64,000 bases of DNA, from positions 1-64,000 of IMG/VR virus record IMGVR_UViG_3300032216_001981, one strand, 5' to 3'. The notes below the pieces were generated by a model, which worked only from the letters and a program-made list of their open reading frames with translations, searched no databases and was not told the DNA's origin. Of this stretch, positions 36,841 to 46,085 are shown piece after piece. Each line of letters starts with the position of its first letter. The first letter of the stretch is position 1. A program made the position numbers and the translations under genes. The DNA comes from a virus (taxonomy: Duplodnaviria > Caudoviricetes).

Positions 36841-37911
36841 ATGTCTTCGATCATTGTGTCAAATTCAAAGAGAACAGAATTTGATTTTTCTAATATACAC
36901 ATCAATACACAGTATAACATATTGTTGCATTGTGTCTACGATCCATTTAATCATTTTGATACAGAATTTGAATTTTTAAAAGATCCTGCCTTGACTAAAG
37001 ATTGGTTGGTGATACTGTGGCATCCGGTCGAGGCAGGCGTATTTGAACCCGAGTGGATAAACAAATTAGACTCTATAGTTGCCTCCGCCACCTATAAACT
37101 AGTGTATCTAACTGGGTGTAGCCATAAACCAAACATACACACAATAATACCACATGACTTTGATATTAGATTCTTTCCAGTATTTGATACCAGAGTCATA
37201 GACATATGGTCACGTAACATGCCTGGTGCACAAGAAATTACCACAATCAAAACAAAAAAGTTCATGTGTCTCAACGCCAAAGATATTTCTCACAGACGAT
37301 ATATCCTGGCCAAACTGATGCAACATGATTTATTGTCTCAAGGCACAGTCAGCTATCAATGCACTCAAGGAAAAAACCTTTTAAATTTTGATACAGGACA
37401 GGGGTTTACAGAAAACCAATTGACACGCATACGTGAAATGTCGGCCTTGACCGATAACCTTATTCCCATGGTGCTGGATGGGTCGGATGTAATCAACGGC
37501 CTGCCGCGTGAATTGTTTTTAGATGCATACCTTGGCATCATTGGAGAAACACATTTTATAAATACTCCATTTGGATTTAATCGAAGTTTTGTATCAGAAA
37601 AAACATTTAATGCAATAGCTAATAATCAAATGTTTATTGTTGTTGGTCAGGCTGGTAGCTTGGATTTACTACGATCTTTGGGATATCAAACTTTTGATCC
37701 TGTGATAAACGAAACCTATGACACCATTGTCAACAACAATGGCGATAGACTTGAAGCAGTTGCTGATGAAATAATTAGATTTGTTTCAAGGCCAATTGAA
37801 CAAATTCAACAAGATTATCTACAGGTCATTGACATAATAGAGCATAACAGGAACCTGCTGTTCTCGCAATCCCTAGAACGTCGACTACAACAGATGATAG
37901 ACACATTATGA
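36841..37911 (+). CDS. GT10-like glycosyltransferase, paralog 2
   Basis: IIGET...FVSEKTFNAI...LGYQTFDPVINETYD. Confidence 0.55.
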   Translation: MSSIIVSNSKRTEFDFSNIHINTQYNILLHCVYDPFNHFDTEFEFLKDPALTKDWLVILWHPVEAGVFEPEWINKLDSIVASATYKLVYLTGCSHKPNIHTIIPHDFDIRFFPVFDTRVIDIWSRNMPGAQEITTIKTKKFMCLNAKDISHRRYILAKLMQHDLLSQGTVSYQCTQGKNLLNFDTGQGFTENQLTRIREMSALTDNLIPMVLDGSDVINGLPRELFLDAYLGIIGETHFINTPFGFNRSFVSEKTFNAIANNQMFIVVGQAGSLDLLRSLGYQTFDPVINETYDTIVNNNGDRLEAVADEIIRFVSRPIEQIQQDYLQVIDIIEHNRNLLFSQSLERRLQQMIDTL

Positions 37912-38642
37912 ATATACTGGTAAGTGGGTGTAGCTTTACACAATGGCCTGCGTATCCCGGGGGGCCTAATATATGTTGGCCAAGGTGTTTACAAGAATTA
38001 AGACCCGAGTTCAACATACGATCAGTGGCCGAAGCCGCAGCAGGCAATCAATATATTTGTGACAGTGTCATACGCGGAGTATTGGAAGATGCTCCTGATC
38101 AGGTCCTGGTGATGTGGTCTGGAATGAGTCGGCTGGATTACCTAACCAGCTTGGAAGATCCTGCATGGAATAGTTTATTTGACAGTTACGGTTTTTATCG
38201 TAGATTACCGCATGGAAAATTGGGCTGGATATTCAGCGGTGGGAAAATGGGCACTTGGTTTAAACATCCAGTGGCTCATAAAATGTTTTATGAACAGTAT
38301 AAAGTATCAAGTCCTTTAAGTTTGGCTGCGATCAATCTTGCTGAAATAGTTAAATTACAAAATTTTCTGATAGCAAAAGGCGTCCCTTATCGATTTATGA
38401 GTTATGTGAACTATTGGACTCTTGGAGAAAATTTAAGTCCCAATGGGGATTTTGGTGTCGTTGACTTTCCCGAAATTCAGTATCTCATCAAAGAGATTGA
38501 TTTTGATCAATGGATTTTTACCGACGAATGCAACGGAATATACGAGCTTGCTAAATCCAATGGCGATTTTCAAGCAGACGGATTTCATCCTGGAGATAAA
38601 ACACAACAGCAATGGGCTCAAATTATAAACGATCAGATATAA
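37908..38642 (+). CDS. SGNH-like hydrolase/acyltransferase, paralog 2
   Basis: SGCSFT, AAGNQYI, DGFHPG; ATGA-coupled. Confidence 0.62.
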   Translation: MNILVSGCSFTQWPAYPGGPNICWPRCLQELRPEFNIRSVAEAAAGNQYICDSVIRGVLEDAPDQVLVMWSGMSRLDYLTSLEDPAWNSLFDSYGFYRRLPHGKLGWIFSGGKMGTWFKHPVAHKMFYEQYKVSSPLSLAAINLAEIVKLQNFLIAKGVPYRFMSYVNYWTLGENLSPNGDFGVVDFPEIQYLIKEIDFDQWIFTDECNGIYELAKSNGDFQADGFHPGDKTQQQWAQIINDQI

Positions 38643-39711
38643 CTGTTTGAATTTGATTTGCAGACCAGTGTGTCCAGTCTCTATAGTAGGCAATTTCGTA
38701 ATTATGTTCTACAATTGGTTGTATTTTATTATAAATTTCCTGTTGATCCTGTGTGCATAGATACTTTACCTGTTCAAATGCTGCCGACCATCTTTCCTGT
38801 TCTGAAGGTATTAAATCATAGCTTTCGTCAATGACGCTGTCAAAGGTTTGAAATCCCAATTTGCGTAAATTGTACAAAAATTTATAGCCGGCAAATACAA
38901 TAAACAACCTACGTGCCAACATGGGCTTACTGGTTTTTTCTGTAAAACAACAATAAGAATTCAAATAATCTGTTTCTGTTATTATACTATAAGCAGTGTC
39001 ATTGAAAACTTTTATTGGTATAACCTGACTTAGATGTGTTAGGTGTCCGTGATACTTGACGTAATTGGCTGTACCAATTATATCACCACAAGGTTCTGTT
39101 CCGTCTTCCCAGATAAAATAATCTTTTGCATAAAATTCATTTTCTTTCCAATCCCCACCATAGGGTGCAACAATTTTGTCAGTTAGGCTACAGTTGTGGA
39201 CTGCATGGTATACAAAATCTCTGTGTGGTTTTGGACTGCCCAACAGTGCATCAAAATATTTAGATTTGGTGCTGTATGGTGTTATTTCTGCCAATTTGTC
39301 CGGCAACCGTTGATACAACAGTGCTGTGGTTTTAAACCAATCGCCCCAACATATGATGCGACTGTTAATCTCGTCATGGTCGTTCACATAGCCCGGCAAC
39401 ACCCAATAAACATTGTCATTAAAGCAGTTATTCCAAATTTTAAAATGATGATCGTGCAATTCACTTTCAAATGTAAAAACCAACTGACTTATACTGCTTA
39501 ATTGATTTATCTTATCTTCAAATCCTTGATAGGCTGCACAATTTATATCATAATCACAGTGCAATCTATGTGTAGTAAATGCTATTTTTGTCACATTTGT
39601 ACTGTCGCGGAATTCTTCAAAACTATGTACTATGGTATATTCATCGGGGAATGTTATGTTTGGTAGCCAATCAAGCTCGATGATTTGACTGTCACTATAG
39701 ATCAGTATCAT
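38623..39711 (-). CDS. GT10-like glycosyltransferase, paralog 3
   Basis: FDALLGSPKPHR, SIITET...FTEKTSKPM..RRLF...GFQTFDSVIDESYD. Confidence 0.55.
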   Translation of the reverse strand: MILIYSDSQIIELDWLPNITFPDEYTIVHSFEEFRDSTNVTKIAFTTHRLHCDYDINCAAYQGFEDKINQLSSISQLVFTFESELHDHHFKIWNNCFNDNVYWVLPGYVNDHDEINSRIICWGDWFKTTALLYQRLPDKLAEITPYSTKSKYFDALLGSPKPHRDFVYHAVHNCSLTDKIVAPYGGDWKENEFYAKDYFIWEDGTEPCGDIIGTANYVKYHGHLTHLSQVIPIKVFNDTAYSIITETDYLNSYCCFTEKTSKPMLARRLFIVFAGYKFLYNLRKLGFQTFDSVIDESYDLIPSEQERWSAAFEQVKYLCTQDQQEIYNKIQPIVEHNYEIAYYRDWTHWSANQIQTVISDRL

Positions 39712-39714
39712 TGT

Positions 39715-40035
39715 TTAAACCCTAAAACTTTCTCCGCAACCGCAACGGTCACGTTCTTGTGGATTATTAAATTCAAACCCTTCGTTGAGACCTTGTTTTG
39801 CCCAATCTATTTCCATACCGTTTAGATAAACTAAATCTTTAGGAGCACACCACACTGTGGCGTCATTGCTGTTAAATTGCAAGTGTTCGGGCCGCGGCGA
39901 ATCTAAATATTCTAACACATAGGCCATGCCCGAGCATCCAGTGGTTCTTACACCCACAAGAATGCCTAGTCCTTGGCCACGTTGAGAAATGTTTTGATTA
40001 ATTTTTTTAGCGGCTTGAGGTGTGACATGTATCAT
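39715..40035 (-). CDS. iscA: IscA/HesB Fe-S cluster assembly protein
   Basis: GCSGMAY, F.FNNP, CGCGESF. Confidence 0.93.
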   Translation of the reverse strand: MIHVTPQAAKKINQNISQRGQGLGILVGVRTTGCSGMAYVLEYLDSPRPEHLQFNSNDATVWCAPKDLVYLNGMEIDWAKQGLNEGFEFNNPQERDRCGCGESFRV

Positions 40036-40044
40036 GAATATGTT

Positions 40045-40311
40045 TTATTTTTTTATTTTTTTAAAAATATCAAAAAAATCTGTTTTGTTTTGTTGCTTTT
40101 GTTCAAGAGCTTTTTTCTCAGATTCTTTTTTTGATAACTCGTCAAGATCTCGCTTCAGTGTAGCATGCAGTATTGAGTCTGACGTTGATGCTAATTTTTC
40201 CTGTTGAAGAACTTTCAGTGTTCGTTCACAGCGGATACAAGTGACATGTCCGTTTTTACGGCGATCGACGGGGAGTAATTCTAAACAATTTGTGCAGACT
40301 TTAGCAGGCAT
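40045..40311 (-). CDS. Zn-ribbon (CxxC...CxxC) basic protein
   Basis: CTNC and CIRC; Lys-rich tail. Confidence 0.55.
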   Translation of the reverse strand: MPAKVCTNCLELLPVDRRKNGHVTCIRCERTLKVLQQEKLASTSDSILHATLKRDLDELSKKESEKKALEQKQQNKTDFFDIFKKIKK

Positions 40312-40357
40312 GATTTTACCGAATCCAATTTAATTTACTATTGTGATTATAGCAAAT

Positions 40358-40777
40358 TTAGCTGCGTTTTCCTAGAGCACGGTTAGCCATACTGGAAACT
40401 GTTTTTTCTGGAGGGGTTTTTACAGCTTCGCCTGCTTCACCGGGCACTTCTACATCTGTGTCGACTGGGTTGATGAACACGTATTTTTGCCCGTTTTCAT
40501 CATCTTTGATATTGCCAACTATACTTTTTACAGCTTCGTTGTGTTGTTTGGCTTTTTGCAGTGTTTCCAATGTGAATGCTTCGGCACCGGGCTTGCTTCG
40601 TACTAAATTGATCAATGCTTCCACAGAGATTTTTGGCACTGTGGCATGATCACTACTGAATTGCAATTCTCTCAGTGTGTCAATCAATGCATCGTTGGCG
40701 GCATGATCAGCATCGTCTTCTACGAAACCGGCCAATCCGTCTTCGTTCAACGGGCGAGCAAATTCACTGAATCTCAT
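40358..40777 (-). CDS. probable internal head protein
   Basis: MRFSEFARPLNED N-terminus; acidic. Confidence 0.6.
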   Translation of the reverse strand: MRFSEFARPLNEDGLAGFVEDDADHAANDALIDTLRELQFSSDHATVPKISVEALINLVRSKPGAEAFTLETLQKAKQHNEAVKSIVGNIKDDENGQKYVFINPVDTDVEVPGEAGEAVKTPPEKTVSSMANRALGKRS

Positions 40778-41475
40778 TAACGCTTTTCTCTGCCGAGTTC
40801 TTCTGGACCGCCCACAGCTGCATCGGTGCCATCAAATCCATCGCCCGCTGCGGCAGGAGCTTCTGGGGCAGGGGCCATACCCGAGTCAGGCGACGGAGCA
40901 CCCATGCCAGTGTCGGCACCCATTCCGCCCATGCTCATGTCGGGAACAGCTTCTCCGGTCAATGCTCTAGCAGCACCATCGGCCTGTTCACGACCGGTAC
41001 TGAGTTGTTGCCATAATTGTTGTAACAAAGGAGTAACTGTGCCTTTGAAACTTTCGGCCTGCTGTTCACCAATTTGATCACGGATTGTGTCTAACAAAGC
41101 CGGTAACTGCTCGTTTTGCATTTTACCAATTTTTTCCAACATGTCCTGTATCGAGTCAACCATGTCTTTGGCAGCCAATGTAGCTTCGGCCTTGGCCATT
41201 TCGCTTTCACGCAACAGTACATGGCGATTTTCCACCATCCAACGATTTAAACTTTCGCGAACCATCAACAGTTCCATGTACTTGGGATTCTTTTCAGCTG
41301 TGTGTACACCGTGTGTACGCTTGACAGCATTCAAGCTTTCTGTGATACCGGTGGCCAATTGATAGGCCTTTTTAAATGTTAAATTGTCGTAGTCGATTCG
41401 AAATCCAAATCTGCTTTCAACTACTTGATTAATTCGGTTAGCTCTTGGCTGGTTGCTCATTTCTGATAATTTCAT
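40777..41475 (-). CDS. probable prohead core/internal protein
   Basis: MKLSEM start; LLRESE; helical with a low-complexity tail; TAAATA at 41509-41504. Confidence 0.6.
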   Translation of the reverse strand: MKLSEMSNQPRANRINQVVESRFGFRIDYDNLTFKKAYQLATGITESLNAVKRTHGVHTAEKNPKYMELLMVRESLNRWMVENRHVLLRESEMAKAEATLAAKDMVDSIQDMLEKIGKMQNEQLPALLDTIRDQIGEQQAESFKGTVTPLLQQLWQQLSTGREQADGAARALTGEAVPDMSMGGMGADTGMGAPSPDSGMAPAPEAPAAAGDGFDGTDAAVGGPEELGREKR

Positions 41476-41536
41476 GGTTTATTTTTTTCCCAAACTTATG
41501 TAGTATTTAGTCGGTTAGTGTAAATCTTTCATTCTT

Positions 41537-42070
41537 TTACTGTTGCCAAATTTTTAAGTTTTTGGCCTGTGCAACATGTTTATTTAACTCTGTTTGTGAT
41601 ATCTGCAACCTTAATCTTGCATCTGATAGTCTAGCACTCCATATACTTATGCTGTCCAGCTTCAAGTTTTTTCTTGCACGAGCTAGACTGGCCTCGTAGT
41701 GTGTGACATCGTTTTTTAATCGCAACACTTCAGTGTCGGTGTCGCGTATTCTTGTGGCTATAACGCCAAGTCTCACATGCTCGCATAAACAATAAAAAAT
41801 AGCCGATTGTTTGCTGTCAAATATGTGTATTTTATCTTGATTTCTTGTGGTCAATTCCCAATAGCCCAAGTTAGGCACAATATGAAAATTACCAATGTTG
41901 TAGCCGCCGTGTGGCAAGGGCCATATCAGTGGAACATTTTTATTGTTGTTTAAACGAGAAAATTCTCTTTGTGTCCAAGCAGATATGTACTGAGTTGCTG
42001 CTGCTATGGCTTGATCAACTTGTTGTTTTGTAGGTTCTACTTTGTGGTTTTTGATAGGTAATACGTCCAT
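41537..42070 (-). CDS. hypothetical protein (start uncertain)
   Basis: 177-aa ORF with a C-terminal coiled coil. Confidence 0.65.
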   Translation of the reverse strand: MDVLPIKNHKVEPTKQQVDQAIAAATQYISAWTQREFSRLNNNKNVPLIWPLPHGGYNIGNFHIVPNLGYWELTTRNQDKIHIFDSKQSAIFYCLCEHVRLGVIATRIRDTDTEVLRLKNDVTHYEASLARARKNLKLDSISIWSARLSDARLRLQISQTELNKHVAQAKNLKIWQQ

Positions 42071-42245
42071 TTTCTTGAATTCTCAATAACACATCTTTGT
42101 TAACCAAACTGTTGGCAATTACCTGCTGTCTTGGGTCCAATGCAGATTTGTGCAACACTGCGTTGTCTGCAAATTGATCCAACAGTTCTGCCTCTTCGTT
42201 GGTTACGGGCAGACTAATGTTATTTAAGAGTTCTACTATACGCAT
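42015..42245 (-). CDS. hypothetical protein
   Basis: MRIVELL...PVTNEE...LVNKDVL.R. Confidence 0.7.
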   Translation of the reverse strand: MRIVELLNNISLPVTNEEAELLDQFADNAVLHKSALDPRQQVIANSLVNKDVLLRIQENGRITYQKPQSRTYKTTS

Positions 42246-42248
42246 AAA

Positions 42249-42509
42249 TTATTTAAGTGCCGAATGAACCAGTACACCTAATATAGCAGTAAGCAAGATA
42301 CCAAACACACTGGTGCCGATGGTGATGATGGTTTTTAAATTATCACTGTTACCAGTACGAATGCTGTCTTTGATGTCCACTATATGGCCTTCTAATTTAT
42401 CCATGCGTGTTTCAAGATTGGAAAGTTTTGTATCCAAGTTACTATACCTTTCAGCACACAGTTCTACATGGGCTTCAAGGCTCTTTTTTTCTATATCTGT
42501 TGAGGACAT
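42249..42509 (-). CDS. coiled-coil protein with a C-terminal TM
   Basis: LEAHVELCAERY coiled coil, then a hydrophobic C-terminus. Confidence 0.7.
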   Translation of the reverse strand: MSSTDIEKKSLEAHVELCAERYSNLDTKLSNLETRMDKLEGHIVDIKDSIRTGNSDNLKTIITIGTSVFGILLTAILGVLVHSALK

Positions 42510-42596
42510 AATTGTCTCTTCGCTTTCTTCAGGTTAAGCGATGTGTTGATGGTGCCTAAATGTGCCTTAATAATGAGCCTTAATGTTGCCATGACA

Positions 42597-43034
42597 TCAA
42601 TACATATTTATGTGTCGGTAGCCGGATTTAAAGTAAATGTTTTTGATACTGCCGTAGGGATAGAAAATAGGCAACATGAATCTTGCTGTCTCGTCCAATC
42701 CCTGTATCACAGGAACCTGTTCAAACGATTCCTCAAGCAATGCAGTGGGGCCAAGATCAGAGGCAAAAGCATTGACGTGTTCAATGGCAAATAACCACAC
42801 CCACACACGATGTTCTCCAGCAAAGAAATCTCCAAATTCCCAGTGTTCCACCGGCATTACCCAAGAGTAAGGTTCCTGTAGTTCCACTGGTTGTGCTCTA
42901 AGTCCAATCACCTGTAGTACTGTTTCCCAGTTGCGTTGTTGATCACGACGGTGCTGATCATGGCCGCGAACATCTCCGGTGGCTGTGATGTCTACCAAGG
43001 TAAATCCTGTGAATTTTTCCAGTTGTGTTTGCAT
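42597..43034 (-). CDS. hypothetical protein
   Basis: Start reassigned to ATG 43034 (TAAGTA 5 nt upstream); TLVDITATG..R..RDQQRNWETVLQVIGLR. Confidence 0.65.
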   Translation of the reverse strand: MQTQLEKFTGFTLVDITATGDVRGHDQHRRDQQRNWETVLQVIGLRAQPVELQEPYSWVMPVEHWEFGDFFAGEHRVWVWLFAIEHVNAFASDLGPTALLEESFEQVPVIQGLDETARFMLPIFYPYGSIKNIYFKSGYRHINMY

Positions 43035-43068
43035 ACAACTACTTATAGAGTTTAAAATTTGCAACCAC

Positions 43069-43093
43069 AAAAAAAGCACCGAAGTGCTTTTTT
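43069..43093 (-). terminator. UUCG-tetraloop intrinsic terminator (potentially bidirectional)
   Basis: Minus strand GCAC-TTCG-GTGC-TTTTTTT; the plus strand is also followed by T6. Confidence 0.85.
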
Positions 43094-43118
43094 GTTATAG
43101 CGGTTAAACTATCGGTTA

Positions 43119-43541
43119 TTACGCTAGTTTGAAACCACCAGTACTTGAAACTGCTGAAACTGTACCAACGTAGCAATTACCAGTAGCACCGATGTTACCA
43201 CCAGTTGCTGCTGTCCACTGACCAGAACCAGTTTGGATAGCTGTTTGTAAACCAGCATCAGTCCAGCTTGAACGCTCAACTAAAACGCTCATCTGTTGTG
43301 ATGTATCAACTTGATACGCTAAAACTGAAGCATTACCTTCAACTTGACGTAAAATTGTTTCAACTGCGCCACCTACTGCTAATTCAGCCGCTAAGTTACC
43401 GTTGAAACCTAAAGTGATTTTATATGCTTGTAATGGTGCTGCAACACCTGTGTTGATGATGGTTGCATTGGCAAATGAACGACCTGTGTCAACTTGTCTT
43501 GTGCCGGCTGAGTCGCCGTTAACTCTTGTAAAAACTGCCAT
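43119..43541 (-). CDS. abundant virion structural protein (putative)
   Basis: Own TAAATA (43591-43586), AAGGAG SD and UUCG terminator; MAVFTRVNG. Confidence 0.6.
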   Translation of the reverse strand: MAVFTRVNGDSAGTRQVDTGRSFANATIINTGVAAPLQAYKITLGFNGNLAAELAVGGAVETILRQVEGNASVLAYQVDTSQQMSVLVERSSWTDAGLQTAIQTGSGQWTAATGGNIGATGNCYVGTVSAVSSTGGFKLA

Positions 43542-43608
43542 GTTAATTCTCCTTGTTGTTAATGAGCTGTTACGCTACATGCAAATATTTATGATAGAAG
43601 ATAAAATT

Positions 43609-44586
43609 TTACAGTTTTAATGCTTTGGACAATTTATGTTTCAACTGCTGTTGGTATTGTTCCTTGAGTTGCGTGTTCCAGCCCTGTTGTCTTGCTTGTT
43701 CCCAAATACTTGCACGTTGTTCAAAAAATGTATTTTTAATTTTATCCAAAGAAGTGAGTTTTTTATCGCCCTTGGCAGTGCCTACCTCGCCCGACTTAAC
43801 TGTGATCATAGACGCAAATACTCCCAGTATTCTATGTTTACTGCGTGGATTCCTGACAGTTTTTTGTGCCTGTAGTACTAGTTGATCAAAGCTTTGGTTT
43901 AAATCGTATTGATATAGCAGTCGTTGTAGATCACTGTAATTTTGTGAATACCAAACAACTTCTCTACCGGCCTGTTTGACAGTGCCGGGTTCGTATGTAA
44001 CTTTTCTCAACTCCAATCTAACACTGGAGAGGTTAAACTCGTATTCTTGATCGGGTTCAGTCAATGCTGGTGCTTTGATGCTCAGCCGTTTAAACAACAC
44101 CTGTGGGTCTGTTTCAATTGTGGCAATTTTAACCAATGCCAACACTAGGCCTTGCTTTTCTGCCGGCATGTCGAGAAAGGACTGTTTAAATTCAGCTTCC
44201 ACTGGATCCTTTGCAATGATGTTGTCAATCTGTACCGAGTAACCCAAACGATCATCGTGATAACGGACAGTGACTATCTCTCCTGAGTTGTAGCTACGTT
44301 TGCCCGCATGCTTGACACTGGTAAAAGGTACTATAGTAGTTTCTGGATGTGCGTGGAAAAATGCCTGTAGTTTCTTTTTAGTAACTGCTTTGTCGTCATT
44401 ACTCTGTATGTGGGCTATAAGATCTATGTCGCCAAAATCCTGTTTGTTTGGATCGCTGTTGTAGCTACCAGATTTTCTTAAGTCAACAAAACCAGGAAAT
44501 TTAGCGATAAGGGGCTTGTATGATGCGGCAAAAGCATCAAAGTCTGCACGACTACGTATTCTTTCTGCACCCGCTACTCCGCTCAT
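43609..44586 (-). CDS. pol-beta-superfamily nucleotidyltransferase-like protein
   Basis: SGSYNSDPNKQDFGDIDL (GS..DxD) plus VQIDNI (third Asp). Confidence 0.65.
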   Translation of the reverse strand: MSGVAGAERIRSRADFDAFAASYKPLIAKFPGFVDLRKSGSYNSDPNKQDFGDIDLIAHIQSNDDKAVTKKKLQAFFHAHPETTIVPFTSVKHAGKRSYNSGEIVTVRYHDDRLGYSVQIDNIIAKDPVEAEFKQSFLDMPAEKQGLVLALVKIATIETDPQVLFKRLSIKAPALTEPDQEYEFNLSSVRLELRKVTYEPGTVKQAGREVVWYSQNYSDLQRLLYQYDLNQSFDQLVLQAQKTVRNPRSKHRILGVFASMITVKSGEVGTAKGDKKLTSLDKIKNTFFEQRASIWEQARQQGWNTQLKEQYQQQLKHKLSKALKL

Positions 44587-46085
44587 GTCGTTTCCGTTCT
44601 ATATTTTGCTAATGCAGATGTATTCGGTAAGAATTTGCCAGAAAGACCTAGTGTTTTTTGACGCTTGATCCATTCGTTTTGAAGATCATCTGGGATATCT
44701 GCTCGTGTAGAATCTAAAATCTTAAAGTAGATGTTGAGCAGACTGTTGTATTGTTGTGTGTTCATACGCATCTTGAATAGCCTATGTAGTTTATAGTAGT
44801 CCTCGGTATCATCTCTGTTTATCTCAAAACCTAATCTATCACCTAATATTTTTAGAGCCTTGTCGGGTATATGAGCCACTACGTCTCTGGACTCCTTGTC
44901 CTTTACTCCGCTGACGTGATTGAAACTGAGGTTAGCTACTTGGAAAGCCGATAGCATCAGCTGTGTTCTATGTAGTCCCTTGACATTAGAGTAATGTGCA
45001 TACGGAGCCGAGTGATAACTGAACAGGAGCCATTCTAAATTTCCCACCATCCAATCTATCTGTACACCAGTACCTACATATTTACCAGCGGGATTTACTT
45101 GTGGATAGACTCCAAATATATTGCCATCGTTGACCTTTTTCTCGTCACAGTAGAGAGTAGGAGCATTGGCATTGATGTATCTTACTAATTCTTGGAGAAA
45201 TGCTCTCATGAGAATCTGTTGCGGAGTTGCCGTCTTGGCCTTTGATTTAAATATTTCGAATTGCTTGGTCACAGCGTCCGGATCAAGTCCCCACTCTGTG
45301 ATACTTTTTGGAGTTATTTCTTGATCTACGATAGAGTGTGAGCTGACAGCTAGATCAATATCTCCTGCTTCTTTTGGTCCTAAATCCATCCATGGCTCAT
45401 CTGGGGTATTTCTAAAGACCCAGAAGTGCCCTGTATCTTCGGTCTTGAATACATCTTTGTTAGCTTGGCCTTTATATTCTAGGGGAAGTTCCTTGCGAGA
45501 TGGTACCAACCCTTTAACTTCTAGACTACTAGATCCTACAGAATGGAAATGTTGCCTATCAAATATGGCAGCCTTTTGTGGGAAAATACTTTTCAATTCA
45601 TTAAAATAGGCAGTGAGTGTAGGTTCAATATTTTCTAAAGATATCTTACCGGTCCTTCCTTTGAAGACATTACCGCCTTCCATGATGGGTTCCCATGCCA
45701 TGGGCTTGGCACCGCGGGCAATGGGCTTGAATCCATGTCTTTTATATAGTTTGGTCAGTGAGGCCGAACTTATTCTGCCGTGACTCCAAGGCATTAGTGT
45801 CAATCTAATACCCGATGCCTGTGCCTGGCGTTGCAGTTCCTGTATGGCTCTACTGCCCACACCTTGACGCTGTTCGGGTCCGGCCATGATCCAGTCTATT
45901 TCCACTGTGCGAGCATCGGCACCGGGTTTGAGTTTGAATGCAGCAAAAGTTTGTTCTTCTCCCTCACCCCACACCATGACTCGGTCTGCTTGTCCATAGG
46001 GCCACTTGGGATATTGACTGTATACTTGATCTATCCACTGCTGTGCTAAACCAGCAGATTCAACAATGACTTCGCGTATTTTCAT
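44583..46085 (-). CDS. GNAT acetyltransferase - nucleotidyltransferase fusion protein
   Basis: N-domain EIDWIMAGPEQRQGVGSRAI...LTKLYKRHGF (GNAT motifs A/B); C-domain EGGNVF...VGS...GDIDLAV...VQIDWM. Confidence 0.68.
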   Translation of the reverse strand: MKIREVIVESAGLAQQWIDQVYSQYPKWPYGQADRVMVWGEGEEQTFAAFKLKPGADARTVEIDWIMAGPEQRQGVGSRAIQELQRQAQASGIRLTLMPWSHGRISSASLTKLYKRHGFKPIARGAKPMAWEPIMEGGNVFKGRTGKISLENIEPTLTAYFNELKSIFPQKAAIFDRQHFHSVGSSSLEVKGLVPSRKELPLEYKGQANKDVFKTEDTGHFWVFRNTPDEPWMDLGPKEAGDIDLAVSSHSIVDQEITPKSITEWGLDPDAVTKQFEIFKSKAKTATPQQILMRAFLQELVRYINANAPTLYCDEKKVNDGNIFGVYPQVNPAGKYVGTGVQIDWMVGNLEWLLFSYHSAPYAHYSNVKGLHRTQLMLSAFQVANLSFNHVSGVKDKESRDVVAHIPDKALKILGDRLGFEINRDDTEDYYKLHRLFKMRMNTQQYNSLLNIYFKILDSTRADIPDDLQNEWIKRQKTLGLSGKFLPNTSALAKYRTETT

